64,000 bases of DNA from Planctomycetota bacterium (GTDB lineage: Bacteria; Planctomycetota; Phycisphaerae; Phycisphaerales; Phycisphaeraceae). Each line of letters starts with the position of its first letter. Position 1 is the first letter of the stretch. The position numbers and the translations under genes are program-made. The notes beneath the pieces were generated by a model. That model was not told where the DNA came from. It was given only the letters and a program-made list of their open reading frames with translations, and searched no databases. Shown one piece after another: positions 1-7,300 of this stretch. The stretch is from positions 17,513 to 81,512 of the forward strand of contig JAJRRC010000109.1 of NCBI GenBank assembly GCA_024279865.1, in the 5' to 3' direction.

Positions 1-650
1 CGGATATTCAAACGGCTGGCCGAGGCAGGCTTGGTCGTAGCTGGATTGCTCCCCCCGGAAGTTGTCTTTTGTTTAGTCGGGCGTGGGTGGGTCGGGCTTC
101 GGATATTGCGAGCACGATTAACCGTTTGACTTTCAGCACGGCCGTGGCGGTGGCGGTGGGCATTGAACAGGTCACGGGGCCGAACCTTCACATCAATATC
201 AAATGGCCTAATGATCTACTCATCGACGGCCGCAAGCTCGCGGGCATTCTCGTGGAAACGGTCAACCTTGGACAAGGTCAATTGGCCGCGATGATCGGGG
301 TCGGCATCAATATTAACATCAGGCCAGAAGACCTCACCTTAGACATTCCATCAGACGTGGCAGACCAGCTGACCAGCCTGTTTATGTGCGGCCAATCGGT
401 GGACCGGTTACAAGTGCTTGACTCCGTTTTGCAACAAATGAACGTGATTTACCAGGCAACCGACTTATCAACCGTGCTAGATGAATGGCGACAACGAAGC
501 CAACTCATTGGCCAAGAAGTCCGACTCCAAAACAACGGCCAACTCTATGAAGGCCAAGTCGTCGACCTAGACCTTGACGAAGGACTCATCCTTCGCACCG
601 AAACAGGCACGCTGGTTCACTTGCCCGCGGCAACGACGACGATTGTGTAA
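1..650 (+). CDS. birA: biotin--[acetyl-CoA-carboxylase] ligase BirA, 5' end cut by window edge
   Basis: The frame is open from nt 3. The translation contains QTAGRGRLGRSW and KWPNDLLIDGRKLAGILVE, which are BirA/BPL signature motifs. Stop at 648-650. Confidence 0.85.
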   Translation, partial: DIQTAGRGRLGRSWIAPPGSCLLFSRAWVGRASDIASTINRLTFSTAVAVAVGIEQVTGPNLHINIKWPNDLLIDGRKLAGILVETVNLGQGQLAAMIGVGININIRPEDLTLDIPSDVADQLTSLFMCGQSVDRLQVLDSVLQQMNVIYQATDLSTVLDEWRQRSQLIGQEVRLQNNGQLYEGQVVDLDLDEGLILRTETGTLVHLPAATTTIV

Positions 651-828
651 CGAAGCACGAACGTTGCTTTTCTCGTGGTTTATTTATCTATCGCGTCTCG
701 TAAGAATCACCCACCCCCCGGAAGTTCCCCCTGAAAATTCCCTCCCTGGAAGTTTTTATTGGGTTTTCCTCAAGTCGTCTGGCAACTTTTTTGAGATGCT
801 CCTTGCCTTCGGTCGTGGGTGATATTCA

Positions 829-865
829 GAATCCGGCCCTTCAGCAGACTTCAGGGCTCGGCGTT
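829..865 (+). repeat. 37-nt dispersed repeat, copy 1 (core CTTCAGCAGACTTCAG)
   Basis: gaatccggcccttcagcagacttcagggctcggcgtt matches 51757-51793 at about 30 of 37 positions, including an exact 16-mer. Both copies lie in convergent intergenic regions. Confidence 0.6.
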
Positions 866-978
866 AAAGAAAACGCAACCACGCCATCATATACATCCCA
901 CTTAAAAACTCGTGCGAATGGAGATTCGCCGAGACTGAATGAGATAAGGCTTGATAAAAATCGCAACGCAAATTTCTG

Positions 979-1013
979 CTCTGACTGATAGCTGATCACT
1001 GACAACTGATGAC
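979..1013 (+). repeat. CTGA-rich three-frame stop cluster, copy 1
   Basis: ctctgactgatagctgatcactgacaactgatgac carries five TGA triplets covering all three frames. The first 28 nt match 49624-49651 at about 25 of 28 positions. Confidence 0.6.
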
Positions 1014-1020
1014 TTGAAAC

Positions 1021-2217
1021 CTATTTCAGCGCCCGACCCAGTTGGCGGATTGCCTGGCGGATGCGGTGTTCATTTTCCACCAATGCCATGCGTACATAGC
1101 CTTCGCCCAATGCGCCAAAAGCAGCACCGGGGGTCATGGCGACTTCTGCCTCTTCCACCATCGCCATGCAGAAATCCTGTGAGCTATGGTTGTATCGGGC
1201 CAAATGCCTTGGGGCAACTTTAGCCCAGACGAACATGGTTCCATTGGGGGAACCGACATCCCAGCCCAATCGTCGCAAGCCTCGGACCATGACATCGCGA
1301 CGCTCTTGATAGATCAAGGCTTGTTTCTCGACGTGCTTGTCCCCTTCGCGCATGGCGAGGATGGCTGCGATCTGGACCGCTTGAAAAATGCCATAGTCGT
1401 AATAGCCCTTGAGCGTACCCAGTGCGTTGACCATCTCGGCATTGCCACAACAAAATCCGATACGCCAGCCAGCCATGTTGTAAGGCTTGCTCAGTGTGGT
1501 AAATTCCACGCCATACTCTTTGGCTCCAGCCACTTGGAGATAGCTGGGGGCTTTGTAGCCATCAAAACACGTTTCGCCATAAGCAAAATCGTGCATGATC
1601 ATGACTTGATGTTCTTGAGCCAAGGCCACGACCTTTTCAAAAAAAGCAGCGTCCACCGTCATGGTCGTTGGGTTGTGGGGGTAATTCAGGATCACCACCT
1701 TGGGCTTGGGAGTCAGATGCCTCAGCACATCCTCAACTCGTTTGAGAAACGCATCGTCATTGCCCAAAGGCACCGACACAGTACTCGCCCCTGCAAGAAT
1801 CACCGCATAGGTATGAATCTGAAAAGCAGGGTCTGCGACAATGGCAATATCCCCAGGCCCAAGCAAGGCCAAACACATATGGCTAAACCCTTCCTTGGAA
1901 CCAATGGTGGCAATCACCTCGGTCTGAGGGTCCAGTTCAACGCCCCATTTACGCTTGTATTTGTCAGCCATGTCCCGACGCAGATTGCTAATCCCTGCCG
2001 AGGCAGAGTAGCGACTGTTTCGTGGATCAAGCACCGCTTCACGAATTTTCTCAATCACCGCGTCCGGCGCAGCATCCTTGGGATTACCCATGTTCAGGTC
2101 TATGACATCACCGCCTGCCTGACGTCGTTCGTAAATCAACTGCTTGAGCTGACCAAGGACATAAGGGGGCAAACGGAGTAAACGATTCGCAGGTTCAATA
2201 TGCATCTCAAATACCAA
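1021..2217 (-). CDS. class I/II PLP-dependent aminotransferase (AlaA/DapL-like)
   Basis: 398-aa ORF with the motifs NYPHNPTT and SKPYNMAGWRIGF (PLP-lysine region). An alternative ATG lies at 2205. Confidence 0.85.
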   Translation of the reverse strand: MVFEMHIEPANRLLRLPPYVLGQLKQLIYERRQAGGDVIDLNMGNPKDAAPDAVIEKIREAVLDPRNSRYSASAGISNLRRDMADKYKRKWGVELDPQTEVIATIGSKEGFSHMCLALLGPGDIAIVADPAFQIHTYAVILAGASTVSVPLGNDDAFLKRVEDVLRHLTPKPKVVILNYPHNPTTMTVDAAFFEKVVALAQEHQVMIMHDFAYGETCFDGYKAPSYLQVAGAKEYGVEFTTLSKPYNMAGWRIGFCCGNAEMVNALGTLKGYYDYGIFQAVQIAAILAMREGDKHVEKQALIYQERRDVMVRGLRRLGWDVGSPNGTMFVWAKVAPRHLARYNHSSQDFCMAMVEEAEVAMTPGAAFGALGEGYVRMALVENEHRIRQAIRQLGRALK

Positions 2218-2254
2218 CTTCTCATAAAATCATGGCTTCAATGGCCGAGCCTGA

Positions 2255-2310
2255 TAGACCCATCGGGTATGATAATTCCCGCGATGAAAGTCGTTTGAAC
2301 GCTTAAAACA
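2255..2310 (-). repeat. conserved ~55-nt 5' intergenic element, copy a
   Basis: The reverse complement reads ttttaagcgttcaaacgactttcatcgcgggaattatcatacccgatgggtcta. It aligns with 23865-23925 and 31420-31484 and ends about 38 nt upstream of the aminotransferase ATG. Confidence 0.7.
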
Positions 2311-2388
2311 AACCGCCACGTACAAAGGGAAACGGGAAAACTCGATTGCGATTGGTATAGTTTACGACGATTCCTCAAACAGGTGTAC

Positions 2389-3990
2389 TCAGCACACTTC
2401 AAGCAAGTAATACGTCAGGGCATCGGTGATGGCTTGCCAGGAAGCATCCACGATATTTTCATTCACGCCCACGGTGCTGAAGTATTTGGGCTTTTCGTTG
2501 CCTCGGTCGGAAAACTGAGCCAATACCCGCACCTTGGCGGCCGATTCGGCAGTGGGATTCACCACGCGAACTTTGTAGTCACGCAAATGAACATGCTCAA
2601 TGGCAGGATAATGTTTGAGCAAGCATTGGCGTAATGCGCCGTCTAGGGCATTGACTGGGCCGTCACCTTCTGCGACACAATGCTCGATCTGGCCGTTGAC
2701 ATTGAGCTTGACGATTGCTTCGGTGATCGGGGGCTCACCATTTCGACGAAAAATTACACAACGATAATGTACCAGCTCCCAAAATTGCTTGCGGGTGTTC
2801 ATTGCTTCGTGCAATAACAATTCAAAGCTGGCCTCAGCCGCTTCAAATTCAAAGCCCTGATGTTCCATCTTCACCACGCGGGCGAGGACTTTTCGTTGCA
2901 ATTCTTTGTCGTCAGCAATGTTAAATTTCTCACCCAACGTCGCCACGATGTTACTCGCGCCTGAAAGCTCGCTGACTAGGATGCGACGGGTATTGCCCAC
3001 CGAGTCAGGCGTCACATGTTCATAGCTATGGGAAATCCGCTGAACTGCGTGAACGTGCATTCCGCCTTTGTGAGCAAAAGCGGCCGTCCCCACATAAGGT
3101 TGGCCTGAGGGGATGGATTGATTGGCCAATTCATAGACGTACCGGCTGATTTCAGTCAATCGGGCCAATGATCCATCTTGGAGACAGGTATAGCGATCAC
3201 CCATTTTCAATTGCAGGTTGGCTGCGATGGTGGTCAGGTCCGCGTTGCCGCAACGTTCACCGATGCCGTTGATGGTTCCTTGGACCTGGGCACAGCCCGC
3301 TTCCACAGCCGCGAGCGTATTCGCCACGGCCAAGCCTGCGTCATTATGCGTATGAACGCCTAGTTGGACTGCTTCCCCGAGTTTTTGTTGGATTGTTTTG
3401 GTCACGCGTAAGACCCATGAAGGCAAAGAACCCCCGTTGGTATCACAAAGGATCAGCCGGGTGGCCCCGCCTCCAATGGCAGCTTCAAGGGTTTGAATCG
3501 CATATTGGGGGTTCGCCCGATAGCCATCAAAGAAATGTTCTGCATCGTAGAATACTTCTGGCCCGGATTCTGCGCAAAAGCCCACCGAGTCACGAATCAT
3601 CGCCAAGTTTTCATCGCGTTCGACCCGCAGGACCTCGTCAACGTGCAAATCCCATGTTTTGCCGACAATGGTGATCACCGGAGCCTGGGACCCAACCAGA
3701 GCTTGCATACCCGCGTCTTCACGGGCATGAATCCCACGTCGTCGGGTCATGCCAAAGGCACAGACCTTGGCGTGCTGAAGGTCCAAGTCACGCACCTGTT
3801 CAAAATAGGCTTGATCCTTGGGATTCGAAAGAGGGTAGCCTCCTTCGATAAAATCCACGCCCAGAGCATCAAGACGACGGGTAATTTTGAGTTTATCGAC
3901 CAAAGACAGGGAAACTCCCTGCCCCTGCGTGCCGTCTCGGAGGGTCGTGTCGTAGATTTCTATGTGTCGTTTTTCTGTCTGTGGGGTCAT
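2389..3990 (-). CDS. cimA: (R)-citramalate synthase (LeuA-family, CimA type)
   Basis: IEIYDTTLRDGTQGQGVSLSLVDKLKITRRLDALGVDFIEGGYPLSNPKD is the CimA-type N-terminal signature, and a LeuA-like C-terminal regulatory domain is present. The start is set at ATG 3990 (MTPQTEKRH) because the TTG-extended ORF up to 4095 would run through an intrinsic terminator. Confidence 0.85.
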   Translation of the reverse strand: MTPQTEKRHIEIYDTTLRDGTQGQGVSLSLVDKLKITRRLDALGVDFIEGGYPLSNPKDQAYFEQVRDLDLQHAKVCAFGMTRRRGIHAREDAGMQALVGSQAPVITIVGKTWDLHVDEVLRVERDENLAMIRDSVGFCAESGPEVFYDAEHFFDGYRANPQYAIQTLEAAIGGGATRLILCDTNGGSLPSWVLRVTKTIQQKLGEAVQLGVHTHNDAGLAVANTLAAVEAGCAQVQGTINGIGERCGNADLTTIAANLQLKMGDRYTCLQDGSLARLTEISRYVYELANQSIPSGQPYVGTAAFAHKGGMHVHAVQRISHSYEHVTPDSVGNTRRILVSELSGASNIVATLGEKFNIADDKELQRKVLARVVKMEHQGFEFEAAEASFELLLHEAMNTRKQFWELVHYRCVIFRRNGEPPITEAIVKLNVNGQIEHCVAEGDGPVNALDGALRQCLLKHYPAIEHVHLRDYKVRVVNPTAESAAKVRVLAQFSDRGNEKPKYFSTVGVNENIVDASWQAITDALTYYLLEVC

Positions 3991-4003
3991 TCTTTTTTCC
4001 CAT

Positions 4004-4032
4004 AAAAAAAACCCTGCCTCTTGGCAGGGTTT
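4004..4032 (-). terminator. intrinsic terminator inside the cimA 5' leader (attenuator terminator)
   Basis: The minus strand reads aaa-ccctgcc-aaga-ggcaggg-tttttttt: a 7-bp GC stem, a 4-nt loop and eight T residues. It ends 13 nt before the cimA ATG. Confidence 0.75.
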
Positions 4033-4064
4033 GGCTTGATCGGTCTTAACTGACAACGCCATCC

Positions 4065-4130
4065 CTACCGCTTTGGCGGTGAAATCATAATCCAATGAAT
4101 CGCAGCAATCGCGTTAAGGGCAGTTGTCAT
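4065..4130 (-). CDS. putative Ile-rich leader peptide MTTALNAIAAIHWIMISPPKR
   Basis: This 21-codon ORF has four ATT Ile codons within nine residues. Its TAG stop lies inside the anti-terminator 5' arm. It is positioned as in classical ilv/trp attenuators. Confidence 0.5.
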   Translation of the reverse strand: MTTALNAIAAIHWIMISPPKR

Positions 4131-4138
4131 AGCGGCCT

Positions 4139-4166
4139 ATTGTATCGTTTGGCAACCGCGCAGCAA
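4139..4166 (-). promoter_or_regulatory. candidate sigma70-type promoter for the cimA leader
   Basis: The minus strand reads TTGCTG-N16-TACAAT. The -10 element ends 8 nt before the leader-peptide ATG, which would give a nearly leaderless leader mRNA. Confidence 0.25.
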
Positions 4167-4341
4167 GCAAGGTTTTGCAACCAAAGGCTAAAAACGGTAA
4201 AACTATGTGCCTCCAGACTGTGATTTGGAGGGTCTGTCTGTGCCTCTTTCCCGCTGCATGACCAAGTCATGTGCCGTCATGGATGACGGAAGGCCAGTCA
4301 GTTTTTTTGGCTTCCACTGAAATAAAAAAGTAGAGCGTCTT

Positions 4342-7300
4342 ATGCCCGTATCGACGGAAAATTTTTGGAATATCAAGAAACTTAACATTGCTTTTTTGCT
4401 CACTGCGGCATTGCTGTTCCTCGGCACGCAAATGTTTGTGGTCAAAGACTATTGGCGTAACTGGCGTACCTACCAACGCCAAGCCCGTGTCTGGAAAACA
4501 GCCATGACGCATGAAGCCATGCTCCTCGTGGACACACCCACGATGCATCGCAAGATTGCCGAGGTCCAAGCCCAAATTGAAAAACTGCAAAAAGAGTTGC
4601 CTCAGCAAGAACTCGCAGAGCTACAACGTCAAATTGATGAAGCTGTCAGTGAGCAAAACAAGCGGGCTCTCAAAATGGCGGTGGTCAAAGGCGAAATCGG
4701 CCCCAAGATTCAGATTCTCGAACGATCTGTTTTAAGCTTGGGCAAAGATCATCCGGACACGGTCAAAGTCCAAGTCGAGCTGGCAGCCATTCAAGCAAAC
4801 TATGATCAAAAGTTTGCTGCCATGTCGACCCTCACAATTCAGGTTGGTGAGCTGAGCAAAACACTACGTGACAAACAACTCGCCGTCACCAATACCCAAA
4901 AGAAACTTTCTGAGCTGACGGACCTCAAAGCAGTCCTCGTCGAAAAACTAGGCAAGTCCGATCCTCAAGGTCTGCACAAGATCGACGAAATCGCACGGAA
5001 CTTACCTCTTTTGGACTGGCTCAACCCCTCTGAAAAAGTACAACAAGTTGTGATTCCTGATGTGCTCAGCGATTATCACTTTGTGCAAATGGAAACCATT
5101 GACCGGTGTAATACCTGTCACGTCAACATTGCTGACCCCGCCTTTGAGCCAACGGCTCTGTTGAGCTTTGTCGAACGCCAGATTGCCGTCACCGAGGGAC
5201 AAGACATTGATCAGCTAGGCAATGTCAAGCCTGTGGTTCTCTTGGATTTCTGGTTACAAGCTGCCGAGCATGGCTCCCTCCAGCTCAGCAACGCGACCGA
5301 TGCCGTCGCCAAACAGGCCATGGGTCGACTCAACACCTTGCGTGAAGAAGCTGGGCTTGAAACCCTTGAGTCTGCTGAGCAAGTATTGGCCCAGTTGAAA
5401 AAGGGAATCACCAGCACGGTTGATTCCAAGCAATACGCCCAGACCCGCTACTACCTAGACGATCTCCAGGGTGCCATTGAAAAGGTGCTTGGAAAAACAG
5501 AATTTGGCAAGCTCAAAGATCTGTACCGCCAAACCGCCATCGCCCAATACAATGCTGCTCGCAGCGAACAAGGCCTCTCCCAAGTCAGCGCAGACCCGGT
5601 CCTGATGGGCCATCCCCGCATGGACTTGTTTGTGGAAGTTCAGTCCAAGCATCCCATCAACACCATGGGCTGTACCGTCTGTCATGAAGGGGCTGGACAG
5701 GAAACTGACTTTACCCATGCCACCCATACCCCACGCAACATGTGGGTCGATCAAGCGACAGGCACCCCGATCCCAGACCTGCTCGTCGGCGACCGTATCG
5801 GAACAGCCCACACCATCGCCAAAATGATCCGCGCCGGTGGAGAAGCTCAATCCCATGCGTCAGAAGGCGATCATGATAAAAGTCATGGCCAATACACCCA
5901 TGCGGACTTGAACCTCAACAACCCCGAAAACCCAGCTCCCTTTAGCCCAGTCCATGACCCCCATGGCAACACCGCAGCCTACCGAGACCCCACTTCAGGC
6001 GAACTTCGTCCTGCGGTGAAACAGGCAGACTTCTGGGGCAAAAAGCACAACTGGCATGAAGTCACCTACATGCACTGGGAAAAACCCATGCACTCACTGG
6101 ACTATGTCGAGTCTGGCTGCGCCCGTTGTCACACCAAGATTTTTGATATTCAAGACGCAGCCCCCAAACTCTTTGAAGGTCGCAAGCTCTTCGCCCAACT
6201 TGGCTGTGCCAATTGTCATGGCGTTGAAGATCTCAAAGAAGCCAAAGACACCAAGCAAGTAGGCCCAAGCCTCGTTCATGTCAAAAACAAACTCAGCTCT
6301 GAAATGATGGCCAGTTGGATATGGGCTCCCAAAGCCTTCCGACCCACCACCCGCATGCCTCACTACTTCATGCTTGAAAACAATGCCTCCTCCATCGACA
6401 TCCTGCGGACTCGCGTGGAAGTGGCCGCGATCACCCATTACCTTCAGTCCACCCCGACCGCCAAGGATGCTGCTCCGTACACGCCCCAGCAAGCTCCCGA
6501 GCAAACCGGCGATGTCGAAGCGGGCCGTCAACTGTTCAAAACCGTGGGTTGCATGTCCTGTCATGCCAACATGACCGAATTCGGCGATCAATGGATCCTC
6601 GAAGACCTCGCCACCAATCAAGGACTCTCCACCCCGCAGGCCAAAGAACGCCACCAAGCCATGTCCTACAACCAGAAGCACTGGTATGCCATGGAGCATC
6701 TAGAAGACAAGTTCTCCTTGGTGGGCCCCGAACTGTCCGGCGTAGGAACCAAGCTCAAAGCCGACCGCACCCCCGAAGAAGCCCGCGCCTGGCTGTTCGA
6801 CTGGTTACGCCATCCCAATCACTACTCCAGCTACACCATCATGCCTAGCTTCCGACTCGACGATGCTGAGGCCAATGATCTGGCTGCTTACTTGTTAACC
6901 CTTGAACGTCCGGGCTACAAAACCCAGGACTTCATGAAACTCGATGACCCCTCCAAACAAATGCTGCTCAAGCTCGTCTCAAGCCTCAAGGTCGGGCAAA
7001 TGACCATTGATGCTTCAGAAACGCTCGTCAGCGGGTCCATGAACGAACAAGAACAACTTGCCTACCTCGGCGGCAAGATGATCACCCACTACGGCTGTAA
7101 CGGCTGCCATGCAATCAACGGCTTTGAAGATGCCCCTTCAGCCTGTGCCAATCTCGATGGCTGGGGTGTCAAAGATCCGCATAAAATTGACTTTGGCTAC
7201 TTCGATCACGCCTTTGACAAACAGCGAACCAAGCCCCTCAGCATTCAAAAAGTTGACCACGAAGGACTCCAGGCCGATGCGCCGCAGATCACCGCCAACA

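Noticed and set aside
574-988. Two ORFs (82 and 65 aa) in the birA/aminotransferase convergent gap
   Set aside because: They have no recognisable motifs, and they are built across dispersed repeats (the CCCCCGGAAG motif and the 37-nt repeat). The shared NP(A/S)LQQTS translation with ORF 51689-51886 is explained by the nucleotide repeat.
1186-2181. A 331-aa plus-strand ORF, and similar long ORFs at 3493-4005, 6094-6699, 7138-7698, 8119-8658, 9938-10597, 13814-14353, 19213-19767, 20266-20748, 25935-26621, 45911-46525 and 62431-63129
   Set aside because: All are antisense shadows lying entirely inside well-supported genes. They have low-complexity or Arg/Ser/His-rich composition and no family motifs.
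3991-4095. The TTG-initiated N-terminal extension of the cimA ORF (MDYDFTAKAVGMALSVKTDQAKPCQEAGFFLWEKR...)
   Set aside because: The extension reads straight through a strong intrinsic terminator and overlaps the leader-peptide stop. The conserved CimA sequence begins right after the ATG at 3990.
4040-4100. A T-box riboswitch as the explanation for the cimA leader
   Set aside because: GGTAGGGATGGCG only loosely resembles the T-box core (AGGGTGGNACCGCG). No specifier-loop or stem I architecture is visible. The leader-peptide model fits the sequence better.
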